Shown: piece after piece, positions 50,225 to 64,000 of the stretch
Layout: each line of letters opens with the position of its first letter
Numbering within the stretch: position 1 is the stretch's first letter
DNA from: Neoechinorhynchus agilis
Taxonomy: Eukaryota; Animalia; Acanthocephala
Assembly: GCA_051530055.1 (NCBI GenBank)
Contig: CM121343.1
Location: 7,380,044 to 7,444,043 of the forward strand
Length of the DNA: 64,000 nt
Direction of reading: 5' to 3'
The notes under the pieces: generated by a model
Database searches by the model: none
What the model was told of the DNA's origin: nothing
What the model saw: only the letters and a program-made list of their open reading frames with translations
Position numbers and translations under genes: made by a program

Positions 50225-53200
50225 TTGTGCCGCCGAAATATCGGATTTTAAAATCATTTTAATTTCTCTACACCAGAAAACAACCTATTTATGAATAATT
50301 CAATCTTCAAACAGCCTTTCTGTGTGGGTTTTTTGTTTGAACATTGAATCGTCCATAAAGTTTACTTGTATTTTCCTCTGCTAAGATTGTGCCGCCGAAA
50401 TATCGGATTTTAAAATCATTTTAATTTCTCTACACCAGAAAACAACCTATTTATGAACAATTCAATCTTCAAACAGCCTTTCTGTGTGGGTTTTTTGTTT
50501 GAACATTGAATCGTCCATAAAGTTTACTTGTATTTTCCTCTGCTAAGATTGTGCCTCCGAAATATCGGATTTTAAAATCATTTTAATTTCTCTACACCAG
50601 AAAACAACCTATTTATGAACAATTCAATCTTCAAACAGCCTTTCTGTATGGGTTTTTTGTTTGAACATGGAATCGTCCATAAAGTTTACTTGTATTTTCC
50701 TCTGCTAAGATTGTGCCTCCGAAATATAGGATTTTAAAATCATTTTAATTTCTCTACACCAGAAAACAACCTATTTATGAACAATTCAATCTTCAAACAG
50801 CCTTTCTGTATGGGTTTTTTGTTTGAACATGGAATCGTCCATAAAGTTTACTTGTATTTTCCTCTGCTAAGATTGTGCCTCCGAAATATCGGATTTTAAA
50901 ATCATTTTAATTTCTCTACACCAGAAAACAACCTATTTATGAACAATTCAATCTTCAAACAGCCTTTCTGTATGGGTTTTTTGTTTGAACATGGAATCGT
51001 CCATAAAGTTTACTTGTATTTTCCTCTGCTAAGATTGTGCCTCGGAAATATCGGATTTTAAAATCATTTTAATTTCTCTACACCAGAAAACAACCTATTT
51101 ATGAACAATTCAATCTTCAAACAGCCTTTCTGTATGGGTTTTTTGTTTGAACATTGAATCGTCCATAAAGTTTACTTGTATTTTCCTCTGCTAAGATTGT
51201 GCCTCCGAAATATCGGATTTTAAAATCATTTTAATTTCTCTACACCAGAAAACAACCTATTTATGAACAATTCAATCTTCAAACAGCCTTTCTGTATGGG
51301 TTTTTTGTTTGAACATGGAATCGTCCATAAAGTTTACTTGTATTTTCCTCTGCTAAGATTGTGCCTCGGAAATATCGGATTTTAAAATCATTTTAATTTC
51401 TCTACACCAGAAAACAACCTATTTATGAACAATTCAATCTTCAAACAGCTTTTCTGTATGGGTTTTTTGTTTGAACATGGAATCGTCCATAAAGTTTACT
51501 TGTATTTTCCTCTGCTAAGATTGTGCCTCCGAAATATAGGATTTTAAAATCATTTTAATTTCTCTACACCAGAAAACAACCTATTTATGAACAATTCAAT
51601 CTTCAAACAGCCTTTCTGTATGGGTTTTTTGTTTGAACATGGAATCGTCCATAAAGTTTACTTGTATTTTCCTCTGTTAAGATTGTGCCTCCGAAATATC
51701 GGATTTTAAAATCATTTTAATTTCTCTACACCAGAAAACAACCTATTTATGAACAATTCAATCTTCAAACAGCTTTTCTGTATGGGTTTTTTGTTTGAAC
51801 ATGGAATCGTCCATAAAGTTTACTTGTATTTTCCTCTGCTAAGATTTTACCTCGGAAATATCGGATTTTAAAATCATTTTAATTTCTCTATGCCATAAAA
51901 CAACCTATTTATGAACAACTCAATCTTCAAACAGCCTTTCTGTGTGGGTTTTTTGTTTGAACATTGAATCGTCCATAAAGATTACTTTTATTTTCCTCTG
52001 CTAAGATTGTACCTCGGAAATATCGGATTTTAAAATCATTTTAATTTCTCTACACCAGAAAACAACCTATTTATGAACAACTCAATCTTCAAACAGCCTT
52101 TCTGTATGGGTTTTTTGTTTGAACATGGAATCGTTCATAAAGATTACTTGTATTTTCCTCTGCTAAGATTGTGCCTCGCAAATATAGGATTTTAAAATCA
52201 TTTTAATTTCTCTACACCAGAAAACAACCTATTTATGAACAACTCAATCTTCAAACAGCCTTTCTGTGTGGGTTTTTTGTTTGAACATTGAATCGTCCAT
52301 AAAGATTGCTTGTATTTTCCTCTGCTAAGATTGTGCCTCGCAAATATAGGATTTTAAAATCATTTTAATTTCTCTACACCAGAAAACAACCTATTTATGA
52401 ACAACTCAATCTTCAAACAGCCTTTCTGTGTGGGTTTTTTGTTTGAACATTGAATCGTCCATAAAGATTGCTTGTATTTTCCTCTGCTAAGATTGTACCT
52501 CGGAAATATCGGATTTTAAAATCATTTTAATTTCTGTGCCATAAAACAACCTATTTATGAACAACTCAATCTTCAAACAGCCTTTCTGTGTGGGTTTTTT
52601 GTTTGAACATTGAATCGTTCATAAAGATTACTTGTATTTTCCTCTGCTAAGATTGTACCTCGGAAATATCGGATTTTAAAATCATTTTAATTTCTCTGTG
52701 CCATAAAACAACCTATTTATGAACAATTCAATCTTCAAACAGCCTTTCTGTATGGGTTTTTTGTTTGAACATTGAATCGTTCATAAAGATTACTTGTATT
52801 TTCCTCTGCTAAGATTGAACCTCGGAAATATCGGATTTTAAAATCATTTTAATTTCTCTACGCCATAAAACAACCTATTTATGAACAACTCAATCTTCAA
52901 ACAGCCTTTCTGTGTGGGTTTTTTGTTTGAACATTGAATCGTTCATAAAGATTACTTGTATTTTCCTCTGCTAAGATTGTACCTCGGAAATATCGGATTT
53001 TAAAATCATTTTAATTTCTCTACACCAGAAAACAACCTATTTATGAACAATTCAATCTTCAAACAGCCTTTCTGTATGGGTTTTTTGTTTGAACATTGAA
53101 TCGTTCATAAATATTACTTGTATTTTCCTCTGCTAAGATTGAACCTCGGAAATACAAGATTTTAAAATCATTTAAATTTCTCTACGCCATAAAACAACCT

Positions 53201-54847
53201 ATTTATGAACATTTCAATCTTCAAACAGCCTTTCTGTGTGGGTTTTTTGTTTGAACATGGAATCGTTCATAAAGATTACTTGTATTTTCCTCTGCTAAGA
53301 TTGAACCTCCGAAATATCGGATTTTAAAATCATTTTAATTTCTCTACACCAGAAAACAACCTATTTATGAACAATTCAATCTTCAAACAGCCTTTCTGTA
53401 TGGGTTTTTTGTTTGAACATTGAATCGTTCATAAAGATTACTTGTATTTTCCTCTGCTAAGATTGTACCTCGGAAATATCGGATTTTAAAATCATTTTAA
53501 TTTCTCTACACCAGAAAACAACCTATTTATGAACAATTCAATCTTCAAACAGCCTTTCTGTATGGGTTTTTTGTTTGAACATTGAATCGTCCATAAAGAT
53601 TACTTGTATTTTCCTCTGCTAAGATTGTGCCTCCGAAATATCGGATTTTAAAATCATTTTAATTTCTCTACACCAGAAAACAACCTATTTATGAACAATT
53701 CAATCTTCAAACAGCCTTTCTGTATGGGTTTTTTGTTTGAACATGGAATCGTCCATAAAGTTTACTTGTATTTTCCTCTGCTAAGATTGTACCTCGGAAA
53801 TATCGGATTTTAAAATCATTTTAATTTCTCTACACCAGAAAACAACCTATTTATGAACAATTCAATCTTCAAACAGCCTTTCTGTATGGGTTTTTTGTTT
53901 GAACATGGAATCGTCCATAAAGATTACTTGTATTTTCCTCTGCTAAGATTGTACCTCGCAAATATAGGATTTTAAAATCATTTTAATTTCTCTACACCAG
54001 AAAACAACCTATTTATGAACAACTCAATCTTCAAACAGCCTTTCTGTATGGGTTTTTTGTTTGAACATGGAATCGTCCATAAAGATTACTTGTATTTTCC
54101 TCTGCTAAGATTGTACCTCGGAAATATCGGATTTTAAAATCATTTTAATTTCTCTACACCAGAAAACAACCTATTTATGAACAATTCAATCTTCAAACAG
54201 CCTTTCTGTATGGGTTTTTTGTTTGAACATTGAATCGTCCATAAAGATTACTTGTATTTTCCTCTGCTAAGATTGTGCCTCGGAAATATAGGATTTTAAA
54301 ATCATTTTAATTTCTCTACACCAGAAAACAACCTATTTATGAACAATTCAATCTTCAAACAGCCTTTCTGTATGGGTTTTTTGTTTGAACATTGAATCGT
54401 CCATAAAGTTTACTTGTATTTTCCTCTGCTAAGATTGTGCCTCGGAAATATAGGATTTTAAAATCATTTTAATTTCTCTAAACCAGAAAACAACCTATTT
54501 ATGAACATTTCAATCTTCAAACAGCCTTTCTGTATGGGTTTTTTGTTTGAACGTTGAATCGTCCATAAAGTTTACTTGTATTTTCCTCTGCTAAGATTGT
54601 GCCTCGCAAATATAGGATTTTAAAATCATTTTAATTTCTCTGAACCAGAAAACAACCTATTTATGAACAATTCAATCTTCAAACAGCCTTTCTGTATGGG
54701 TTTTTTGTTTGAACGTTGAATCGTCCATAAAGATTACTTTTATTTTCCTCTGCTAAGATTGTACCTCGGAATTATCGGATTTTAAAATCATTTTAATTTC
54801 TCTACGCCATAAAACAACCTATTTATGAACATTTCAATCTTCAAACA
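50225..54847. repeat. Satellite, 162-bp unit, ~28 copies, highly homogeneous
   Basis: Anchor ttgtgc..cgaaatatcgg at 50225, 50387, 50549 and onward. Confidence 0.97.
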
Positions 54848-55904
54848 ACGCGAATAATTGCACCATTGCCGTTGAATGCGACTTAAAGATCTTTTTGCAC
54901 AATCCGTTTTGATTGGAACTCTTGTCGTGATAACTAAACGGTGAGACTTTTAGTGCATCTATCAAAGACCAGTGTTCTATAATAGGCATGTCTAATTTTC
55001 AATTATTATGGGTGGAAAAATACAGGATAATCCCACCCAAATGGACTTCTCCCGATCTCACCAAATCCGCATTCTATAATTTCAATCCAATATTGTTTAT
55101 CGGCCCTTCATCAAAAACAAGGCCCAATGAGAACCCACAGGTACATGGGCCCAATTCTTGTTATCTGACTAACAAATAAATGCGTTATTATTAATTCCGA
55201 TATTTCGGAGACAAACACGCGTTAAAAAACGTGAACAATTCAATCTTCAAACAATTATTATTGTTTAGTATCTATGTATGTATGTGTGGCCTTTTCCACG
55301 GCTGATAATTTTGCTTGGACAAAATGCCACACAAAGATACTAAATAAAAGTTACTGGCGGACCAGACTTCAAAAAATATTATCATTTGATCGAATTTGTA
55401 ACAAATTGTTGCTTTGTTCGCTGAGCATAAAATCAACGGTTCGCCAAACGCGAGGTCTCAAGAAGCGAACGTAGGATTCTCATCTTAATCCTTTGTAAGA
55501 TCCGATCAAAGCATAACATCGAAAGGATCCACACGAGCGAGTCTCAATTTTTCAAAAACTACAATTCCTAAAAACATTGCTAATATATTTTTCGCGCAAA
55601 ATCTTCAAAATTACGAGACATCCCTGCTGGAAGTGTACAAATACGCCATGCATGCAGAAAGTGGGTTTACGTGTCGATACCTGTGGATTTCACACAGTAA
55701 AATATCATTCTTCACAGCAGTTCGGTTCATTTATTGCTGAGCTTTCGAACTAACGTCCGTGGCTTGGTGTGAACGAAAGCTGGGGATTTATAACAAAATA
55801 GTCGCGGATTCGAATAACTACCTGCGTGAAGTGTGCGTATTTTCTACAAAAACTGTAATACTCGGAGGAGTCGGCAAAGTAGTTGAAGTAGACGGGACTG
55901 TTCC

Positions 55905-56960
55905 CCAAAAGGAAGAATAATTCAGGAAAGATGTTGCTTCAACGGTGGGTGTTTGGAGGGTTGGGTAGGGAGACCGGTTCAAGATTTTTAGTATAATTAT
56001 CCAATCCATTATCAAAGAAAGAATAACTCAGGAAGGATGTTGCCTCAACAGTGGGTGTTTGGAGGGTTGAGAAGGGGATGGGTTCTAGATTATCAGTCGA
56101 ATTCTCCAATCGATCTTCAAAGAAAGAATAACTCAGGAAGGATGTTGCCTCAACAGTGGGTGTTTGGAGGGTTGGGTAGGGAGACCGGTTCAAGATTTTT
56201 AGTATAATTCTCCAATCGATCTTCAAAGGAAAAGTAATTCAGATTGGATGTTGCCTCAACAGTGGGTGTTTTGTGGGTTGAGAAGGGGATGGGTTCTAGA
56301 TTATCAGTCGAATTCTCCAATCGATCTTCAAAGAAAGAATAACTCAGGAAGGATGTTGCCTCAACAGTGGGTGTTTTGTGGGTTTTAGGGAGATGGATTC
56401 TAGATTTTTAGTCGAATTCTTAAATCCATTATCAAAGGAAGAATAACTCAGGAAGGATGTTGCCTCAACAGTGGGTGTTTGGAGGGTTGAGAAGGGGATG
56501 GGTTCTAGATTATCAGTCGAATTCTCCAATCGATCTTCAAAGAAAGAATAACTCAGGAAGGATGTTGCCTCAACAGTGGGTGTTTGGAGGGTTGGGTAGG
56601 GAGACCGGTTCAAGATTTTTAGTATAATTCTCCAATCGATCTTCAAAGGAAAAGTAATTCAGATTGGATGTTGCCTCAACAGTGGGTGTTTTGTGGGTTG
56701 AGAAGGGGATGGGTTCTAGATTATCAGTCGAATTCTCCAATCGATCTTCAAAGAAAGAATAACTCAGGAAGGATGTTGCCTCAACAGTGGGTGTTTTGTG
56801 GGTTTTAGGGAGATGGATTCTAGATTTTTAGTCGAATTCTTAAATCCATTATCAAAGGAAGAATAACTCAGGAAGGATGTTGCTTCAAGAGTGGGTGTTT
56901 CCGGGGCTGTGTAGGGAGACCGGTTCACGATTTTTAGTGGAATTCTCCAATCGATCTGCA
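55905..56960. repeat. Tandem repeat, ~105-bp unit x10 with 420-bp (4-mer) higher-order period
   Basis: atgttgc at 55931, 56037, 56142, 56248, 56353, 56457, 56562, 56668, 56773 and 56877. Confidence 0.9.
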
Positions 56961-57356
56961 GAAACCCTTGTTATTATAATTTTGTTGCTAAACGTTAATA
57001 TTTTGGTATATTTATTTATTATTAACCTAACTACCATTTTTTCGAATGTTGCTTTATGAAAGCACCGTTAGAACGTGTTTTATTGCGACATTTCGAAGGG
57101 GGATTGTAATCTCACCTAAAAATCTTTTACTGATTCAATTAACTTTAAAGAAACGTCACTGTTCTTCGTGCACTTCCTAGGAAAGAGGAATGTACGCTGA
57201 AAGTGCAAATTTCTTAAAGTTGATGTGAGCAGGCCGCACCAGAAGATAATCTCGCGAATAAGATCAGGAGTGTCAATTGTGTGTTTTTGAACATTCAGAA
57301 TTTTCAATACCTCTACTCGTTATGCAGAAGGCAAGAAATGCGCTATTAATTTTTTT

Positions 57357-57982
57357 ATGAAGATTGGCCAGCCGATAACTTATATCGATGTGTGGCCTAT
57401 TATCAGACGGCTGTTAATTTTTGGGCACACAGCCCACCGACCTGGTTCAGAGTAGTAATTCAATTACTCAAAGCACTGAACCATCCGATACGAGTTTGTA
57501 CATTCCTGCGGATCCTCAGATACTCCGGGAGGCGGGACTCATCAGTTAGTTCCCTCTCTTCAGCCGTATTTCGTCCCCCCCCCAAAAAAATTAACAGCAG
57601 TGTCATAATAGGCCACACATCGATATAAGTTACCGGCCGGCCAATCTTCATAAAAATTCATAAATTCAATGGCCTTGAATTAATAAATATAAAATTGGCT
57701 GAGTTTGTATATTTCGCAGTTGGGTCGAGGCGGTCAAGTGGACTAATGCCCGTGATCCCGATTAAGGGTCCAGTGGTTCGAATCCGTTACCACTAATGAC
57801 GCACAGCCAAAGGGGACGAAATAGTTCGTTGAAGGGAGGAAACTCACGGATAAGTCCCGCATCCTCGGGAGGTATCTGAGGATCCGGAGGAATGTACAAA
57901 CTCGTATCGGATGGTTCAGTGCTTTGAGTAATTGAATTACTACTCCGAACCAGGTCGGTGGGCTGTGTGCCCAAAAATTAAC
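57357..57982. repeat. Nested inverted-repeat locus with two opposed copies of the permuted-hammerhead cassette (57515-57577 minus; 57813-57880 plus) and a tRNA-like head (57724-57795 plus)
   Basis: 57413-57577 is approximately the reverse complement of 57813-57982; 57357-57403 is inverted at 57605-57655. Confidence 0.85.
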
Positions 57983-60286
57983 GATATTTTAAATTTTTCT
58001 CATGAAGATAACAACGAACATTGAGGATAGAAAACTGGTGCCTCCGAAGTGCTAAAAGAGAAGCGTCCGAATAAACAGGTGATTTTGGTTTGAGAATTAA
58101 TAAGTCCCAGTTGAAAGAAAAACGATTTTTGATTACAATCAGACGTTTAGCGAAAGCCACATCATCTCCGTCAGCGAAACATTTTTCCGGAATTTCACTT
58201 TATTTCAGTACCTAATTTGGCGCCTGTCTTCCGTGGCAGAAAAGTCGCTAAGTTATGCGTAAAGGTTGAAAGTTTTGTTTTCGTCAACAACGACTTTGTT
58301 TTATGCGCGATCGTGTTTACGAGTGCTCCTAAATCGTGCTATTCAATCGACGTTTTCACCATTACGCGTACTCACCTTGGGAGCCTGATCGCGATTACGT
58401 AATGCATTGATTCGTGATTGCCGTGTGGGTTTTTTTGGAGTCATCAACGCTGAACACCGAGGGGTTCAATGGAGTCTCGTATTTTAACTCGCAATTTTAT
58501 CTATTACCCTTTGAACCGTATTTATGTGGGCTTTCGTTGTCACGGTTTTTAAACATGCTTTAAGAAATGATTTTTTAATTGAACTTTTCTTTTTAACCCG
58601 AAACGACGGATTCGAGACGAAATACGCACTTATGAGCATTTCCCAGGGATTGGTTTTTAACTGGATTTCGATTTTCATTTGCTGGGATCATCCAAGGAGA
58701 AAACTCAATAAACTTTCAATTGAAGAGATAACTCCTGGTCTTTTTAAGAAAACTGAGCTTATGCATTTCCATTAGGGTTAAATAGTTCATTTTTAATGAG
58801 ACAAAGACAGTTATACATTGTCAAAGTCATTATCTAGACTACTTGCATTAATGCTTAGCCACTTTTTATGGCCGATTTCGTACTGTGACCTTTGTCTTGA
58901 CTCCATCGAATCGTGGTTATAGATTCACTAGTCCGATTATTACCGGACAACTAAATCATTCGTTTTCTCTTTCTTTTAGTAGTTATTCCCATCGGATTTA
59001 AATTTACTAATTTATTAACCGCATTTCATGTCGGATAATTCCGAAAATGCCCGCTGACATAAAATAAATTCATCAATTTAAATCCAAAGCATAAATCGGA
59101 GCTTCCACAGAAATTGCTTTTTACAAACATTTCTTAGCATTCAGATTATTACAACCCTTTCTTGGCTTTTTTGGTTTTTTCCTTTCTGGCATGAAGCCAC
59201 ACTGATCTCGGCGCTTCATGCCAAAAAGGAAATAACTAAAACGCCGAAAAAGGAATGTCCTAAATCTGAATCAATAGAATCGACTTGCCAGTAACATTTG
59301 AGGCTTTCTCCTATTGAATTGGAATCATTTAAGCTCTTGTTTGTAATTTTCCTCTCAATTGTGTGTTACGATATTCTTCGACTTATCAGCTACGAGTTCA
59401 ACACAAGCGAAATGATCGCGAAACTTACCCTTGGAATCGTTTCATTTCTTCCAAGTAAATCTGATCTGATTACATTTGATCTTAAAAATTCGAAATGCCC
59501 ACAGTTCGCATAAAATCCTTTTTCGTCGATTTTGAACCTATTCTCATACACTGTGAAGACCAGAATTATAAAACTGGCGTTTCCCTAGCAAATTTCAAAT
59601 AGTTGAAATGAACCTAAGTGCCCATGTCGATGTTCAACGTAGTTCAATTTTTAGATAGCGGCGCTAGCTTCTAAAAAGCCAAATTGGTAAGTTTTATGCA
59701 GTCTACCAATTCGATCTTAGAATCCTGGTTTAAAATATAAGCATTGTTTTGTAACGCCAATATTTTTAATTGGAAGATATATTGATTTGAAAAGCTTCGG
59801 TTCGACATCTACATAGAATCTCTTAACAATATTTGGTGGGTTTAACTCTGCTCTTGGGTAGTTTGACCAAAAGAACAATGTTTTTGTCAGTTTTCATTTT
59901 GTCGAGATCACCATTCCCATTATTTGGAGTAAACGATTTCTCGCTACGATAAGTCAAAAACGAGATCAAAATGTGTTTTAATATACAAATGTGTGACTCT
60001 TAATGAATCGCTTAACATATATTCCCCGATTCACGCAGCCAGCAATACACTTTAAAATTGAATGATGATAGTTTTATTTTTAAATATTAATGTACTTTTA
60101 ACTAGCATTAAGAGCCGAGGATTTCGCTTGGAAGGGTTTATTGAGGAGCATGCACGCAAAGATCAAACATTTTGATGGGTAGAAAGGCAACATTTCCGAT
60201 TTGTAGAATTCTTGAAGTTGGTATCTCCAATATCATTTAAGCTAATAAGTTATATCTTAGAATTTCAGACACGAGAGTTTAACACA

Positions 60287-62257
60287 ATGTTTGTTCAATA
60301 CGATGGCAGTTCTCGCAATGGGTGTTATTCAGCATATTTAAAGGAATGTTGCTATGAACATAGACCTCGAGCGATGATCGATCCCAGTAGGACTTTATCA
60401 ATAAGAGAAGAGGGTACAAATATAAGATTAAAGTCAGGTAAAACTCTAAATTCGCAGCATGGAGCGGTATGTCGATCCGAAATCCCGATTCCTGCGTCCT
60501 GCTGTATGTTTTACTACGAAGTAAAATTGATACAGATACGTTCATCTGCTGGGAGTGAAGAATCGATTGGGACAGGAGGGGCTAGTTGTCAACGTGAAGC
60601 GATCGATGTTATTATCGGATACGGACTCTCCGACCCATCCTCCAGCCAAGTAGTAGCAACATCAATGGACTCTGTAGGAATTAGAAGCAATTGCCAACGG
60701 GTTATAAAGAACTCGAATTATACGGATTCTAGCGATGAAGTAGATGATCAGAATAGGCATCCGTTGCCCGCTGGTGCGGTAATAGGCGCTATTTTGAACC
60801 GTTTAGATAATGAGATCACGTTTACAATTAACGGTGCTATTCACGGTGATTCAGTGGCGATTGATGAAGAGGCGAGTATATTTGTTTTTAGGATGGTCTT
60901 TGTAACCTGCATTCATCGGCTAGGTTTCCATGAGTGATACATACGTACTTATAAGTGTGATGAATCGTGGTTCAGGAGTGATCGTGAACTTTAGCGATCG
61001 CAGCAATGGGGATATCCATACTAACTTTATGTTTGATATGGACGAGCCATTTGCCAATACAATAAATTCGTATTGGTCAGCGGAAACAGCTACATACGCG
61101 ACTAATCCAACCGTGGACGAAACGACTCTTCATCATCTGTGTTTGTCCCATGTAGCTCACGCTGGGTATCTACATGCGACCGAAAAATTGGCCTTATCGG
61201 ATTCTAGTTCAAGATCGCTGTTAAAGCGACGACTAGAATTTTCTGGTGAAGGGGGGGGGTAATAAAAAAACAGAATTCTATCCGTCGGACAGAAGATCCG
61301 GGTTGGAGGAAACATCGGGCCAAAGATCTCGAATTTCGATCACAAGTACGAAAAGCTGTAATGGACGGCAAAGTCGGTCGAGCAATAATCAGCATCTATG
61401 GGCAAAAGTGCGAGTTTTGGACAAAATATCCGTTCTTATTCTTTTACATGTTAAATCAATCGTTCATGGAGAGCGTCTTGGGGTTCGACGACGCTTATGA
61501 CCAGTCAACTACTACTGGTGGTATGCTTTATCGGTTGATCGGAGAATTGACTCAGATGTCGAGGGTGAGGGAAACCGATCCACAGGCAGTTTCGGGAAGC
61601 ACGGGCGCTTCCCGAAGATCGACTGGTGGAGATGCTGACAAGACCGCTACAGGTCAAAGAGGGCGCCGGTCGTCCAGATTGACAAGAGCAAGTAATGGTT
61701 CAGCCCAAGAATCCGTTCGAGCTAAAGACCTCAACATTTTACGCTACGCAAAAGCAATCAATAGACTATGGCATCTATTCTATGATGGTAATCCAAAGGG
61801 TGTTTTCTTCAGTCCTCAGTATATGAAAGAGCTCTTTGGTTCTCAAGCCCTGATTCCACCGAATATCATAATAACGGCCGTTTCGTGTATTGTTGCCGGT
61901 ACAGTGAATGCGGTGCTTTCGAGAATGACTATCGAACGACGAAATGAAGTCGCCTCGGCGCTAAATGCTATAATTCTTGAAGATTCGAGAGTCGCATTCG
62001 CATCTCAACTTGAAATCCTAGCTGCACATGGACGACAATTAGTTGAAATGTTAGACAGAGCCCAAGGTGCATTCCGTGGTACCATAATTCCTTCGCGATG
62101 TATCCTGTATAGTGAACCACTTCTGAAGGTTCACGGCTCACACAAGTGTCTGGTAGGCAATTTGGCATTAGCTACCACCGATGAAGATGACATTAGAACT
62201 GTGGATATAGAGTCGATCCCGACCGATAATGACGTGGAAATGGTCGACGTGGAATGA
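60287..62257 (+). CDS. RanBP9/10-like (SPRY-LisH-CTLH-CRA) CTLH-complex subunit, divergent; junctions near 60.9 and 61.26 kb unresolved
   Basis: RSEIPIPASCCMFYYEV, GAVIGAILN...TFTING, LCLSHVAHAGYLHAT (LisH), RSQVRKAVMDGKVGRAI (CTLH). Confidence 0.7.
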
Positions 62258-62412
62258 AATTGTAAGTAGTGCCCAGTTAAGACAATACTGAATTGTGCAC
62301 GAGTGAGTTATTGAGAATAAGCGTATCAATACATGTGATCTCTATCAACTTGAACAAATATTTTTGAGAAAATATTAGGAAACATCAACTTTTTTTATCG
62401 TATTTGCTAGCT

Positions 62413-62625
62413 GCATTCACCTTTGAAAAATAGTCTTTTTGAATGAGATGAAAGGATTTGAAGTTTCATCTCAAAAGAAATACCAATCAACAAAAGAGAT
62501 CCGCATTCACCTTTGAAAAATAATCTTTTTGAATGAGATCAAAGAATTTGATGTTTCATCTCAAAAGAAATCCAAATTAAAAAGGAAATTCCGCGTTCAC
62601 CTTTAAAAAATAATCTTTTTGAAAC
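62413..62625. repeat. Tandem repeat, ~90-bp unit x2.4
   Basis: gcattcacctttgaaaaa at 62413 and 62503, variant at ~62592. Confidence 0.8.
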
Positions 62626-64000
62626 AGTCCTCCCCCCATCAACAGTTATGCGCATTCCCTCCAAAAATCCCTTTAACTCGAGACCATGTCTTCTCAAAGT
62701 AACTTTTATTTCACCACTCGTAGCCTCCCTCTTTCTTAACAGGAGATACAAGCTCCTTAATTTACAACTTTCCACATAAAAACTCATCACAAAATCTTTC
62801 CACCGTCTTTCCAAACTCAACCCAGAACTCATCTTTCCAATGTAACCGGTCATTCCAAAAAATCGAAGAACAAGCGACTTCCCAGTTTCTCTGATTACAT
62901 GCAACTCCACTGGCGCCCGAATAATCACAAAGGTCAATCTCCCAGCCGTTCCACATTAAATACTCTCTTTTTCCCGAATCAAGTAAATAATTATCTCTCT
63001 ACCCCTACTCAAAATCACCAAATGTAGCTGATCCATGCAAAGTCCGAACCCTAAACTCATTTCTATCATTACCATTCACTCATTCCAACTCAAATTTTGG
63101 AGTCGCCCCCGAACTTCTCTCTTTGGGCTAATCAATCGTTCTTTGTCGGCATCCCGTAACGATTCCTCCCTTAACCCACCACCCGCAACGAACAATGCAA
63201 CCCAAATCTCCCTCACTTCCGCCCTCCCCCCATTTCCCGAAATCCAAAACTCCCTTTCCCACCGTTTTCTACTCCAATACTCGTAGCCTCCTTCCTTAAC
63301 TAGATGAAATTTCACTCATTTCATTTACCTCAAAAGTAGACGTAGTCATCTTAACAGAAACGTGGATTACCCCCTTCAACAACGATTCAGCCATCCTTCC
63401 CGGGTACTCTTCCTTCCATACATAGCGCGATGACCGCCCAGGGGTCTCAATTTACGTACAAAACGCCGATCTAGAATTCATCACAGTCCATTTCATAACT
63501 CCTCTGAGAAACGGCCTTTGAGAATTCACCATTGCTGGCGTCTATCGCCCTCCGGCCTCTCGTCCTGAATCCTCTTTGCTCCAAATTGACTCTATGATTG
63601 AGCCCATAAACTCCACAAATTCGCACCAGTTCTTAATTGCAAGGGACTCCAATAAACTATTTCCTCTTCTACCCTCTTCCGAGTTGCGTCAACCTACTGA
63701 CTTCCCAACTCGTATTGACGCTCACCTCGACAAAGTGTTCATAAATATCGACGCCTACTCATCCGCCTCTAAACTCCCTCTCCCCGCGAACTCTGGCCAT
63801 TCCTCTGCCCTCATCACTCCGTCCACCCCACCTCAGCGTATGAAATCTCTCCGTTTACCCGTCTGGGATAAACGTGATCATCATATCCAAAATTTTATAA
63901 AATTGTTCAACTCTAATATTCGCACATTCCACTCTGACATAGGCAATTCCCAAGAAAATTATTAGAATCTCCAACCACGACCCTCCGTGGATAAACCCCA
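62626..64000 (+). mobile_element. CR1/L2-like non-LTR element, 5' region and AP endonuclease, degenerate
   Basis: VVILTETWI, GVYRPPASRPESSLLQIDS, FPTRIDAHLDKVF; near-identical to 7460-7900. Confidence 0.75.

Noticed and set aside
58215-58440. Possible RNase MRP/P RNA (GAAAAGTCGC...GCGATT pairing)
   Set aside because: Only a 6-bp potential P4; conserved CR-V context not found. An Infernal search would be needed.
61234-61280. TAGAATT..AATTCTA inverted repeat in the RanBP9/10-like gene as another TA..TA intron
   Set aside because: Removal (45 nt) does not reach the homologous downstream frame; one extra G in the G9 run (61251-59) would restore the frame, so a homopolymer error is as likely.

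Overview
Gene-dense, AT-rich genomic DNA from an invertebrate-type animal (inferred from the nuclear ATP synthase c sequence, CUB/TM and convertase genes, and short introns; species not identifiable). Genes: CCT2, ATP synthase subunit c, MRPL40, a SOL-1/Neto-like CUB protein, Ariadne-1, a kexin/furin-like convertase, PHPT1/Janus, CHP, a TRABID-like protein, a RanBP9/10-like protein and two orphans. They are interleaved with Gypsy, CR1/L2-like, CRE-like and Penelope retroelement remains, TA-flanked MITEs and several satellites. Two signals stand out. (1) Most introns are ordinary GT-AG, but in at least five to six conserved genes the interruption that best restores the protein is bounded by a TA direct repeat and folds as a hairpin. 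In CCT2 and MRPL40 no GT-AG intron restores the conserved protein. This points to non-canonical, transposon-derived introns or IES-like DNA excision. (2) A ~380-bp tandem repeat family carries a tRNA-like Pol III head followed by a hammerhead ribozyme whose three core segments are in a non-circularly permuted order. All homologue comparisons are from memory and need database confirmation.
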